Shown here: piece after piece, positions 18,734 through 27,714 of the stretch | How positions within the stretch are numbered: the first letter of the stretch is position 1 | Layout of the letters: each line of letters starts with the position of its first letter | Assembly: GCA_016282095.1 (NCBI GenBank) | Contig: JAEEJW010000013.1 | Span: 15,411-79,410, forward strand | Source: Ruminiclostridium sp. | Lineage (GTDB): Bacteria; Bacillota; Clostridia; Oscillospirales; Ruminococcaceae | Length of the DNA stretch: 64,000 bases | Reading direction: 5' to 3' | Program-made: the position numbers and the translations under genes | The notes under the pieces: generated by a model | Told to the model about the DNA's origin: nothing | The model's input: only the letters and a program-made list of their open reading frames with translations | The model's database searches: none

Positions 18734-19186
18734 ATGAACAAGATCGGCAAATGGTTCAAAGATCACGCGGTCACGCTGATCTGCGGTGCGCTTATCATAC
18801 TCGTGCTGGCAGGCTCTTTCAGCTTTGTTATGACGGTTGCCGCAAAAAATACCGAACTCGACGTGTTCAGGACAGCCTGCAGACCCATAGAAGAAAAAGC
18901 TCTTGATATCGCGGTGCTGTCCGAGTACGAGATAGAACACCGTGAATCCAGCGATACCGAACAGCGGGACATACCCCGCAGCGGAGACATCCAGGAAGTG
19001 CGCGACAAGGTGTTCTCTGCGGTGGAGTCCGGTTACAGCCTGCCGGACAGAGCGGTATATATCTTCAGCAAGAACGGCACAAACTACGAAGTGAACTATG
19101 CCGGAGGCGGAGCCGGACAGTTCGGCGGCGACAGTCTTTACTATATGATAGGCGACACTATCTGTGTCAGGGAGCTTACTGATTGA
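18734..19186 (+). CDS. hypothetical N-terminally membrane-anchored protein
   Basis: One TM helix (VTLICGALIILVLAGSFSFVMTV). Tightly linked to the preceding gene. No motif recognised. Confidence 0.4.
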   Translation: MNKIGKWFKDHAVTLICGALIILVLAGSFSFVMTVAAKNTELDVFRTACRPIEEKALDIAVLSEYEIEHRESSDTEQRDIPRSGDIQEVRDKVFSAVESGYSLPDRAVYIFSKNGTNYEVNYAGGGAGQFGGDSLYYMIGDTICVRELTD

Positions 19187-19201
19187 CTGGAGGAAAGACT
19201 T

Positions 19202-19990
19202 ATGGCACTTATACAGGACGGCATCAGATTTCATTTGCGGATAAAGGACGGCGATGTCGGCAGATATGTTATACTGCCGGGCGACCCGGGAAGAGTTCCG
19301 AAGATCGCGGCGCTGCTTGACAACGCGGAACAGATAGCCTATAACCGCGAGTACAACACCTACACGGGAACTCTGCTCGGTGAAAAGGTGAGCGTGGTCT
19401 CGACAGGAATAGGCGGAGCTTCTGCGGCTATCGCGGTTGAGGAGCTGATAATGAGCGGCTCCGACACATTTATACGCATCGGCACCAGCGGCGGTATGGA
19501 TATGAAAGTATTCGGCGGTGACCTTATCGTCGCGAACGGAGCGATCCGCAGCGAAGGCACCAGCCGTGAGTATATCCCTATCGAATACCCCGCCGTACCG
19601 GACTTTGATGTAATGCTGGCGCTGAAACAGGCCGGCGATGCCCTCTCCACAGATGAAGACGGAAATCGCTGCCATGTCGGGGTAGTTCACTGCAAGGACA
19701 GTTTTTACGGTGAGATCGACCCCACTAACGTACCCGTCTCCGAGAAACTCTCGGCAGCATGGGACGCCTATGTGCGCTGCGGCTGTCTGACAAGCGAAAT
19801 GGAGTCCGCTGCCTTATTCTCCGTAGCCACTGCCCGCAGAGTAAGAGCCGGAGCGGTATTTACTGCTCTCTGGAACGTGGAGCGCACTAAGGCCGGTCTC
19901 CCGGACAAGGTATGCGAAAGCAGCGAAAGAGCGATAAAATGCGCTGTCGATGCAGTAAAACTCCTTATAAAAATGGATAAAAGATCCTGA
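19202..19990 (+). CDS. udp: nucleoside phosphorylase (PNP_UDP_1 family; uridine phosphorylase-like)
   Basis: 262 aa with GDPGRV, STGIGGASAAIAVEEL, RIGTSGG and a C-terminal EMESAALF motif. Confidence 0.7.
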   Translation: MALIQDGIRFHLRIKDGDVGRYVILPGDPGRVPKIAALLDNAEQIAYNREYNTYTGTLLGEKVSVVSTGIGGASAAIAVEELIMSGSDTFIRIGTSGGMDMKVFGGDLIVANGAIRSEGTSREYIPIEYPAVPDFDVMLALKQAGDALSTDEDGNRCHVGVVHCKDSFYGEIDPTNVPVSEKLSAAWDAYVRCGCLTSEMESAALFSVATARRVRAGAVFTALWNVERTKAGLPDKVCESSERAIKCAVDAVKLLIKMDKRS

Positions 19991-20067
19991 ACGAATAAAA
20001 AGCACAGCTCCGGGCAGAATAATCTCACGGACTTATCCGTAAAAAATCCGAACGGAGTTGAAATACA

Positions 20068-20238
20068 ATGAGCACTGAAAGAGCAAACAAGTGTATAGAA
20101 TGTTCGATCCACAACTGCGAGCATCACTGCTGTGACAGTGATTTCTGCAGTCTTGACCGCATACAGATAGGAACCCATGAGGCCGATCCCACGCAATATG
20201 AGTGTACGGACTGCCTCTCCTTCAAGATGAAGAACTGA
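20068..20238 (+). CDS. small cysteine-rich DUF1540-like protein (56 aa, absent from the ORF track)
   Basis: MSTERANKCIECSIHNCEHHCCDSDFCSLDRIQIGTHEADPTQYECTDCLSFKMKN, read directly from the sequence. The CxxCxxxNCxHH pattern is typical of DUF1540, and a clean terminator follows. Confidence 0.55.
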   Translation: MSTERANKCIECSIHNCEHHCCDSDFCSLDRIQIGTHEADPTQYECTDCLSFKMKN

Positions 20239-20246
20239 CCGCGAAG

Positions 20247-20275
20247 CTCCTGTCCGGACGGACAGGGGCTTTTTT
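20247..20275 (+). terminator. rho-independent terminator
   Basis: CTCCTGTCC-ggac-GGACAGGGG followed by CTTTTTT. Confidence 0.7.
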
Positions 20276-20372
20276 GTAACTTGTTAGTGATTCAATTTAT
20301 CGTAACAGCTAAAATATATGTGCAAATAAGAGATTTTTTTATAGCAAATATACAGAACAATTTCCTTTTCTC

Positions 20373-20401
20373 TTGACATATCCGTTCATATATTATATAA
20401 T
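20373..20401 (+). promoter_or_regulatory. consensus sigma-A promoter of the EAL gene
   Basis: TTGACA (20373-20378), 17 nt, TATAAT (20396-20401). Confidence 0.55.
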
Positions 20402-20457
20402 AAAAATAAGAACGTTTTCATCTCAAAAGCCATATTGGCGGAACGGAAGTATCACCG

Positions 20458-23085
20458 ATGAAGAAGAACGTATCCGGGAATTCCCGGCTGTATTTCGGAA
20501 TAAAATGCGTGCTGCTGTCGATAGCTTTGATTATCCTCTCCGGCTCGGTCATATATTCGTATTTCATAAATCATAATATGGGGTCTGTAGACGCGTGGCT
20601 TCGCCTCGGGTGCGCTGTCCTTGTTATTGCTGTGCTTTATTTTGAGATACGAGAGTACAAGCGCCTACAGTCTGAGGGTGTAAGCGAGATATACAAGGAA
20701 AAGGATGTGGAGCTGGACAAACTGAACAAATTCAGACGCCTTGTGGACAAAAATGAGTTCAGATACAATTTCCAGCCTATCGTCAACGCAAAGAACGGCG
20801 AGATATACGCATATGAGGTGCTTATGAGAACGGCGGACGATATCGGCCTGAAGCCCCTTGAAGTCCTCAAATACGCCGAGATCAGCCACATGCTGTATGA
20901 CATCGAAAAAAGCACATTCTTCAACGCGCTCAAATACTACAAGGATAATATCGACAAGTTCGGCAGCAAGAAAATATTCATAAACAGCATACCAAGCGTT
21001 ATTCTGCCGGATTCCGAGCTGGCGAAGCTGAAAGAGATGTACGCGGATATCTCGGAGAACATCGTCGTTGAGATACTTGAGAACGATGATGATGACGACA
21101 ACACCATAGCCGCATTCGACAATCTGCGCAGCATACTAAACTGCAATATCGCCGTGGACGATTACGGCAGCGGCTACTCCAACGATATGAAGGTTCTCAA
21201 CAACAACCCGAACTTCATAAAGATAGATATGTCTCTGATAACCTCAATAGACACCGACTCGAAGAAGCAGCTCCTTGTTTCTAACCTTATCAAGTTCGGT
21301 AAGAAGTACAACATCAAGATACTCGCCGAGGGCGTGGAGACCAAGGAAGAACTTGCCAAAGTAATAGAACTGGGTGTAGATCTCATTCAGGGCTTCTATA
21401 CCGCCCGTCCCGGCAATCAGGTGATTGAAAACATTGACCCCGAGATCAGCGAGTACATAATGGCGGAGAATGTGCGTCTGTCAAAGTTCGATCAGGAAGA
21501 ACGCATCTATGAGGCTTCCGAGGGCGAGATAATCAACGTTTATAATCTGTCCCTCGAAAAGTATTCGGGCGTATATGTAGCAGGCGGCACGGTGCGCTTC
21601 ATCGGCACGAAGAACCAGATCGTGGATATGATAATCCGGACAGGCGAAGAATCTACATCAAAGCTGATTTTCGAGAACGTCAACATCAAGGGCGCCACAC
21701 AGACCACCGTGCAGGTCGGCAAAGGCTCGAAATGCGAAGTCATGCTGGTGGGAGAAAATACCTTCAATAAAGAAGGTATACGCGTTCCCCCGAATTCACA
21801 GCTTACGATAACCGGCGACGGCAGCCTAATAGTCCGCAACAACCGCAACCGCGGTGTCGGCATAGGCGCGAACTACGAGAAACAGTACGGTACTATCATT
21901 TTCGACCTTACCGGAAGCGTATCCGTTGATTCATCCGGCGACAAGATCGTCTGCATAGGCGGCGGTGAAAAGGGCATCGGCGCGAAGATAGAAGTTCTTG
22001 GCGGCCGGGTAAGCGCAACAGGCCGCGGTATATCCGTGGTCGGCATAGGAAGCGCCTCCGGTGATACCGAAGTCTCCATCAGCCGCGGCACGGTCATAAC
22101 AAAGTGTATAGCAAACGAAGCCGTTTCTATCGGAACTATGTACGGAACTGTCAATATATCCGCTAACGGTCTGCTTGATCTGCTTACCGACGGCGAAAGG
22201 ATAGTCGGCATCGGTGTTCTCAACGGCGGCAGCGGCAAGATCCACATCGCATCGGGTGAGGTAAACTCCATTATCCACGGCGACATAGGCACCGCGATAG
22301 GTTCGCTTGGCGGCAGAGTCGATGTGGCTATTGACAGCGGCCGCGTCCATGCCCACTCCGAAGGCACCAGGGTATGCGGAATAGGCGCGCTCGACGCAGG
22401 CGGCACAGTACAGATAACGGGCGGCATTGTGACTGTCGGAGTTCTGTCAGCTGAGGCGGAATGGATAACCTCGAATGCGGGCGGCGTAATAATTATGGGC
22501 GGCAACGTCATAATGGAGAACAGCGGCACCATACATCCTGTCAACCTGACAGGCGAGGAGCTGGTACTGTACCGTATGGATAACGCCCAGAGCTACAACG
22601 AGAAGATTCAGTCCGGAGAAAGTACTTATATGTACCGCGCACAGCGCGATGAGCGCTCCGGGAAACTCTGCGTCTACGTTCCCGAGAGAGTCCGTGAAAG
22701 CATAGCCCAGCGTATTGCGGAAAAATCACGCAAAACAAAGGAACAGGAAGATGTAGCGAGAGTCGCACGCGATCTTGCGGCGGGCAGACAGGTAGATGAG
22801 AAAGACATAGAAAGCACACACCCGAGAGTTACGGCGACAGCTCCGAAGCCGGCTCCCGCTCCCGCAGCACCCGCAGAAGAAATCGGTATGCCTGAAGTAA
22901 GTGTGCCCCGTATAGTCCCGGTGCCGCAGCCCGAACCGGCTCCTGAGCCCCCCGCAGAACAGATGCCCGAAGCGGAGATACTGATCCCGGCAGCGGTTCA
23001 GCAACTCGTCCCCGAAACCGAAAAGCCTGCCGATATACCGGTAGAACCGGATTTCAACGACAACACTCCCACTATCACATTTTAG
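20458..23085 (+). CDS. membrane-anchored EAL-domain c-di-GMP phosphodiesterase fused to a beta-solenoid-like repeat region and a Pro-rich tail
   Basis: Two N-terminal TM helices. The EAL domain has intact signature residues (YEVLMR, NSIP, EILEN, DDYGSGYS, KIDMSLI, EGVET, QGFY). About nine 27-30-aa repeats follow, centred on (V/I)x(I/V)GIG / GxGIG (aa about 455-700). The tail is PxPxP-rich. Confidence 0.75.
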   Translation: MKKNVSGNSRLYFGIKCVLLSIALIILSGSVIYSYFINHNMGSVDAWLRLGCAVLVIAVLYFEIREYKRLQSEGVSEIYKEKDVELDKLNKFRRLVDKNEFRYNFQPIVNAKNGEIYAYEVLMRTADDIGLKPLEVLKYAEISHMLYDIEKSTFFNALKYYKDNIDKFGSKKIFINSIPSVILPDSELAKLKEMYADISENIVVEILENDDDDDNTIAAFDNLRSILNCNIAVDDYGSGYSNDMKVLNNNPNFIKIDMSLITSIDTDSKKQLLVSNLIKFGKKYNIKILAEGVETKEELAKVIELGVDLIQGFYTARPGNQVIENIDPEISEYIMAENVRLSKFDQEERIYEASEGEIINVYNLSLEKYSGVYVAGGTVRFIGTKNQIVDMIIRTGEESTSKLIFENVNIKGATQTTVQVGKGSKCEVMLVGENTFNKEGIRVPPNSQLTITGDGSLIVRNNRNRGVGIGANYEKQYGTIIFDLTGSVSVDSSGDKIVCIGGGEKGIGAKIEVLGGRVSATGRGISVVGIGSASGDTEVSISRGTVITKCIANEAVSIGTMYGTVNISANGLLDLLTDGERIVGIGVLNGGSGKIHIASGEVNSIIHGDIGTAIGSLGGRVDVAIDSGRVHAHSEGTRVCGIGALDAGGTVQITGGIVTVGVLSAEAEWITSNAGGVIIMGGNVIMENSGTIHPVNLTGEELVLYRMDNAQSYNEKIQSGESTYMYRAQRDERSGKLCVYVPERVRESIAQRIAEKSRKTKEQEDVARVARDLAAGRQVDEKDIESTHPRVTATAPKPAPAPAAPAEEIGMPEVSVPRIVPVPQPEPAPEPPAEQMPEAEILIPAAVQQLVPETEKPADIPVEPDFNDNTPTITF

Positions 23086-23118
23086 CAAGCTGACGACTGC
23101 TCCTGAGTTTGCAGAGAA

Positions 23119-23490
23119 TCGCTGACGCTTGAGTTGCCTCCGGCGGCCAACCCCTTTAAAAAGGGTTTGGATCCCTGAACAAGTCGCGTCGCCTTGCAGA
23201 TTCGACCATGTGTACTCCTACTCAGGAATGCGCGGCAGAGGATGTAAAAAAGCAGAATGTACCAGACGTTTTGACAGCGCAGGTACCCCGCCGCTGCCTT
23301 GCAGATTCGGTAAATCGTACTCCTTTTCAAAGTAAAAAAACTATAAGCATAAAAATATCTGCTCCTATTATCTGACAATAGGAGCAGATTTCTTTTTAAT
23401 TTATTAACGAAGTGGTTTAAGTTTTTTGGGAGGGGGTCCGGGGGAACCCTTTTGTTCACAAAAGGGTTCCCCCGGCTCGAGCGTAAGCGG
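23119..23490. repeat. dispersed MITE-like intergenic repeat, copy A (long form)
   Basis: Imperfect terminal inverted repeats: CGCTGACGCTTGAG..CCGG (23120-23146) versus CCGGCTCGAGCGTAAGCGG (23472-23490). Internal duplicated GCCTTGCAGATTCG box (23191, 23296). Terminator hairpin CTGCTCCTATT..AATAGGAGCAG (23359-23387). A 14-bp-stem hairpin GGGGGAACCCTTTT..AAAAGGGTTCCCCC (23440-23473). Confidence 0.6.
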
Positions 23491-23505
23491 CCTCTTATTC
23501 CCGTT

Positions 23506-24378
23506 CTACTTATCGTCGTCTTTCTTATAAGCGGCGTTCTCGGCCCAGACTTCTTCAAGGCGGGTAAGGGTCTGGGAAAGGCGGGTACTGTTGCGCATTC
23601 CGACTGCGGCCACAAGAGCGTTTATAAGACTGAGCGGAGCCGCGAGACTGTCGGCATAGCTGATTATGTCGCTCTTGGCGAGCAGGAGCTGATCGGCAAA
23701 CTCGGCAAGGGGCGAAGCCTCGGAATCGGTTATCGCGATGATGTCCGCGCCGCATTTCTTGGCGAACGCAGTCGCTGTCAGTGTGTTGTTGAAATATCTC
23801 GGAAAAGATATGGATACGAATACGTCATCTTCCGTCACGCGTATGAGCTGCTGCAGTATGCCGCTGGAGTTGATCGGCTGGACGTAGACGACGTTCTCGC
23901 AGGCAAGGCTCAGATAGCGCACGAGGAAACGTGCCAATATGTCGCTGCTCATGGCACCGAATACATACACTGTGCGCGCGGAGATGATCTTGTCCACAGC
24001 CTCTTTGAACACTGCCTCGGAGATGTTCTCGAATGTGCAGCGGATACGTTCGATATCCTGCGTCATGACAGTTTTGAGCAGATTGTCGCCGCCGAAGCGG
24101 TCATTGGATATATCGAGTCTCTGGAGCGTGGTAAGGCGGTTGCGCCCGTAGCTTTGGAGAGCCTTCTGCATTTCGGGATAGCCCTCAAAGCCCATTTCAT
24201 CGGCAAATCTGACCACTGTGCTCTCGCTGACGCCCACAGTTGCGCCCAGCTTCGCGGCAGTCATAAATGCTGCCTTTTCATAATGCTCTGTTATATAGCG
24301 GGCTATATATTTCTGACTTTTGGAAAAACCAGGCATCCTCTCTTCGATGTCGGCTATCAGGTTTGAAGACATTTTCAT
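23506..24378 (-). CDS. MurR/RpiR family transcriptional regulator (HTH_6 + SIS domain)
   Basis: N-terminal RpiR HTH (SQKYIARYITEHYEKAAFMTAAKLGATVGVSESTVVRFA) and a C-terminal SIS fold (VYVFGAMSS...). Confidence 0.8.
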   Translation of the reverse strand: MKMSSNLIADIEERMPGFSKSQKYIARYITEHYEKAAFMTAAKLGATVGVSESTVVRFADEMGFEGYPEMQKALQSYGRNRLTTLQRLDISNDRFGGDNLLKTVMTQDIERIRCTFENISEAVFKEAVDKIISARTVYVFGAMSSDILARFLVRYLSLACENVVYVQPINSSGILQQLIRVTEDDVFVSISFPRYFNNTLTATAFAKKCGADIIAITDSEASPLAEFADQLLLAKSDIISYADSLAAPLSLINALVAAVGMRNSTRLSQTLTRLEEVWAENAAYKKDDDK

Positions 24379-24580
24379 TTCCTCCGCTGATCTAACTTGT
24401 CAGAACTTATTATACAACGTTCCGACAAAAAAATCAAGACAAAAATGCAATTTTCGCTCCGGGAAGTTGCAAATGAAGGGAAAAGTTGAAAAAAATTCGT
24501 AAAAATCGCGTAAAAACACTTGCAATTTTACAGAATTGTGATACAATATTATATGTATTATTATATCTATTCCAAAAAGG

Positions 24581-25498
24581 GTGCTTGAATTGCTGTATTA
24601 CCTCACGGATATATGGAATTCGCTGGTCAGCGTGTTCCGTTCAATGTCCTTCCCCGTCGATTATCTCGATATAATCTTTCTTGCCTTCATACTCTACTGG
24701 GTCATAAAGCTTGTACATGAGACCCGTGCCGAACAGCTCATAAAGGGTCTCGTTGTCCTCGGCGCGGTACTTTTTCTGCTGAACCAGTTCGAATTCAAGG
24801 CTATGAAGGTCATCGGCAATATGGTAATAAACGTCGGACTGATCGCATTCATCGTAATGTTTCAGCCCGAGCTTCGGCGCGCCCTTGAAAAAGTCGGACG
24901 CTCAAAGATGATGAAGCCGATATCGCTGTTTGACACGTCTGTCCCCGAGTCGCAGGACAAGGAGAGCTTCGCAGTGGATCAGATATGCCTCGCCTGTGAG
25001 AAGCTGTCCCGTACTGCCACCGGCGCACTGATCGTCATAGAGCGGCAGACAAAGCTCGGCGAACAGATCGAGACAGGTACCATAATAAATGCAATACCCA
25101 GCGAGGAACTGTTCAGGAATATCTTCTTCCCGAATACTCCCCTGCATGACGGTGCCGTCATCATGCGTGACGGTATGATACACGCGGCAGGATGCTTCCT
25201 CCCGAAGCCCTCAAAAGAAGAGCTCATAAACAAGGAACTGGGCTCCCGCCACAGAGCCGCTATCGGCATGAGCGAGGTCTCCGATGCGCTTATAATTGTC
25301 GTTTCAGAAGAGACCGGCATGATCTCCGTAGCTGAGAACGGCCGTCTTGAACGTGGATTCGACCGCGAGAAGCTTAACGTATTCCTGAGAAAGAAACTGT
25401 TCCCCGTAGCTCCTGAACTGCGCAAGAATAAAGATAAGAACAAGGAAAAGAAGAAGCCGCGTCCTGACCGTTCAAAGAAAGGCGGTGAGGAACAGTGA
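24581..25498 (+). CDS. cdaA: diadenylate cyclase CdaA (c-di-AMP synthase)
   Basis: Three N-terminal TM helices and a DAC domain (TGALIVIER, DGAVIM, RHRAAIGMSEVSDALIIVVSEETG). The start may be TTG 24590 rather than GTG 24581. Confidence 0.85.
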   Translation: MLELLYYLTDIWNSLVSVFRSMSFPVDYLDIIFLAFILYWVIKLVHETRAEQLIKGLVVLGAVLFLLNQFEFKAMKVIGNMVINVGLIAFIVMFQPELRRALEKVGRSKMMKPISLFDTSVPESQDKESFAVDQICLACEKLSRTATGALIVIERQTKLGEQIETGTIINAIPSEELFRNIFFPNTPLHDGAVIMRDGMIHAAGCFLPKPSKEELINKELGSRHRAAIGMSEVSDALIIVVSEETGMISVAENGRLERGFDREKLNVFLRKKLFPVAPELRKNKDKNKEKKKPRPDRSKKGGEEQ

Positions 25499-26814
25499 AC
25501 AATATGTTCAAAAGATTTACCAGCGGATTTGTTACCAATCTGAAAACAATAATCCAGGCACTGGTATTCTCGATCATAATCTGGGTCTTCATCTCGATAC
25601 AGATATTCCCGGACATCTCCATGCACATCAAGGACATACCCGTAAACTGTGAGCCAACGGCTCTTATGTCCGATGAAAACCTACAGATAGTCTCGTTGGA
25701 TACCGATGCCGTCACCGTACAGATAGAGGGCAAGCGCTACTCTATGAGCAACCTTACGGCAGACGATTTCACCGCGTCCTGTGACCTTTCAGAGATATAC
25801 AATTCCGGCGAATACACGGTGCCGATAAATGTGACTCTCACAGACACGAACGCGGATTGCCGCATAGCGACAAACAACCTCACCGCGGTAGTCAGGGTCG
25901 TTAAGATAGTGACCCGCGAGGTCAACGTAATACCCAACACCAACTCCCTGAAGATCGCGGATGAAATGCAGATCGAAGGCGATGTGACAGTATCACCTGA
26001 AACGGTGGAGATAACAGGCGAAGAAACCCTCGTGAACTCCGTCGATCACATACAGGCTGTCGCTTCATACGACGATGGCGCGCTCGATCACTCCGTGGCG
26101 ATAAGCGCCGTGCCCATGTTCTTCAACAAGAACGGCATCAAGCTCGTTTCACCAAAAATAACCTGCAGCGCATCCGATTTCATCGTGAACGTTCCCGTTT
26201 ACAAAGTAAAGACCTTGCCTGTGCAGGTGAAATTCACCGGTTCAAAGACATCAACAGGCTTTTCTGTAAAGGATCTTGAGTACAAGATGTCGATAGATGA
26301 GATCACGATAGCGTCTCCGGACAGCTCGATAGACAACCTTGACGCGATAGACATAGGAGAGATATCGCTGAGTTCTGTGACGCTGAAAGACATTCAGGGC
26401 GGTATATCCATGCCGGTAGACCTCCCCGAGGGCTATAAGAACATCTCCGGCAACAAGACGATAACCGTCACCTTCCCCGGTGCTGACGGCTTCGGTCAGC
26501 TGGGCTTCATGGTGCCTTCCGATAACTTCACGATCATCAATAAACCGTCGAACTTCGACGTCAAGGTACTTACCAACGAGCTTACCGTCAATGTGGTCGG
26601 CTACTCCAACTACATTCAGGAAATGACCTCTTCCGACATCTACGCGACAATAAATCTGCTGGGTGTCGAGCTCGCGCAGGGTACAAAGACCGTAACCGTA
26701 ACGTTCCGGCTCTCAGGCGCAAGCTCTCAGGCATGGGTAGCCGGCGAAGAGTACAAGGTCGAGCTGCTTATCACCGATGCCGAGGAAGACATTGAAGAAC
26801 AGGAGTCTGTCTGA
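25495..26814 (+). CDS. cdaR: CdaA regulatory protein CdaR (YbbR-like domains)
   Basis: 4-nt overlap with cdaA, an N-terminal TM helix, and repeated YbbR-type beta-rich modules; 439 aa. Confidence 0.75.
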   Translation: MNNMFKRFTSGFVTNLKTIIQALVFSIIIWVFISIQIFPDISMHIKDIPVNCEPTALMSDENLQIVSLDTDAVTVQIEGKRYSMSNLTADDFTASCDLSEIYNSGEYTVPINVTLTDTNADCRIATNNLTAVVRVVKIVTREVNVIPNTNSLKIADEMQIEGDVTVSPETVEITGEETLVNSVDHIQAVASYDDGALDHSVAISAVPMFFNKNGIKLVSPKITCSASDFIVNVPVYKVKTLPVQVKFTGSKTSTGFSVKDLEYKMSIDEITIASPDSSIDNLDAIDIGEISLSSVTLKDIQGGISMPVDLPEGYKNISGNKTITVTFPGADGFGQLGFMVPSDNFTIINKPSNFDVKVLTNELTVNVVGYSNYIQEMTSSDIYATINLLGVELAQGTKTVTVTFRLSGASSQAWVAGEEYKVELLITDAEEDIEEQESV

Positions 26815-26819
26815 TCATT

Positions 26820-26965
26820 CCGGCACGGTACCCGCACGGTCAATCATGGCAAGTCTCTGCCTCACAGCAAAAAAATCTGCTCCTTCTGGTAATCAGAAGG
26901 AGCAGTTTTTTTCATATTTAACAGTGATACATTCGAAGCTTTCCCCGGTCCCGAGCATAGCGGCC
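26820..26965. repeat. dispersed MITE-like intergenic repeat, copy D
   Basis: GGCACGGTACC.. and CAAGTCTCTGCCTCACAGCAAAAAAA are shared with copy B. Hairpin CTGCTCCTTCTGG..CCAGAAGGAGCAG (26877-26905). End module CCCCGGTCCCGAGCATAGCGGCC (26943-26965). Confidence 0.5.
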
Positions 26966-26984
26966 CAGGTGCGCAGGCACCGGT

Positions 26985-27695
26985 TCAGCAGATCTTTTCG
27001 AGATCACGGCGCAGGCGCTTGATTATTCGCTTTTCAAGGCGCGAGATATAGCTCTGGGAGATACCGATAAGATCGGCAACTTCCTTTTGGGTGAGCTCTT
27101 TGCCGTCGATGAGGCCAAAACGCTTCTCCATTATGAAGCGCTCGCGCTCCGGGAGCTTCGCGACAGATTCCAGCAGAAGTTTCTTTTCAGCCTCGCTCTC
27201 TATATTCTCGTTTACAACATCGTCATCAGTGCCGAGAACATCGGCAAGCAGCAGCTCGTTGCCGTCCCAGTCGATATTCAGAGGCTCCTCGATGGATATT
27301 TCGGCACGGTACTGGTTCGCCTTCCGAAGGAACATAAGTATCTCGTTCTCGATACAGCGTGACGCGTAGGTCGCAAGTTTTATGTTCTTGTCGGGACTGA
27401 ATGTGTTGACCGCCTTTATCAGTCCGATCGTGCCTATGGATATCAGATCTTCAATGCCGATACCTGTGGATTCAAACTTCTTCGCGATATAGACGACCAG
27501 CCGCAGATTGTGGGTTATCAGCTTGTCGCGGGCATCCGGTGAGCCTTTCAGCAGCCCCTCGAAGGCTTCATCCTCCTCGTTCTTTGAAAGCGGCGGCGGC
27601 AGATTGTCCGAGCCGTTTATGTAGTAGACGCTGTTAGGTGTGCTTCTCGCCATTATACGGCGTATAATCTCGTTTATCCTTGCTGTTACGTTCAT
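26985..27695 (-). CDS. sigE: sporulation sigma factor SigE (pro-sigma-E)
   Basis: [95 protein letters not shown]. Located directly downstream of spoIIGA. Confidence 0.85.
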   Translation of the reverse strand: MNVTARINEIIRRIMARSTPNSVYYINGSDNLPPPLSKNEEDEAFEGLLKGSPDARDKLITHNLRLVVYIAKKFESTGIGIEDLISIGTIGLIKAVNTFSPDKNIKLATYASRCIENEILMFLRKANQYRAEISIEEPLNIDWDGNELLLADVLGTDDDVVNENIESEAEKKLLLESVAKLPERERFIMEKRFGLIDGKELTQKEVADLIGISQSYISRLEKRIIKRLRRDLEKIC

Positions 27696-27714
27696 TTCCT
27701 TACTCCTTGATTTT

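Noticed and set aside
23191-23309. Possible CRISPR-like spacing of the GCCTTGCAGATTCG boxes.
   Set aside because: There are only two local copies, 105 bp apart, embedded in a larger duplicated segment. There is no regular repeat-spacer array and there are no cas genes in the window.
23082-23615. 177-aa minus-strand ORF, and the small ORFs 23129..23335+, 30031..30423+ and 35227..35454+, overlapping the intergenic repeats.
   Set aside because: They run through hairpins and terminal repeats of the MITE-like element, have no RBS, and their similarity to each other is explained at the DNA level.
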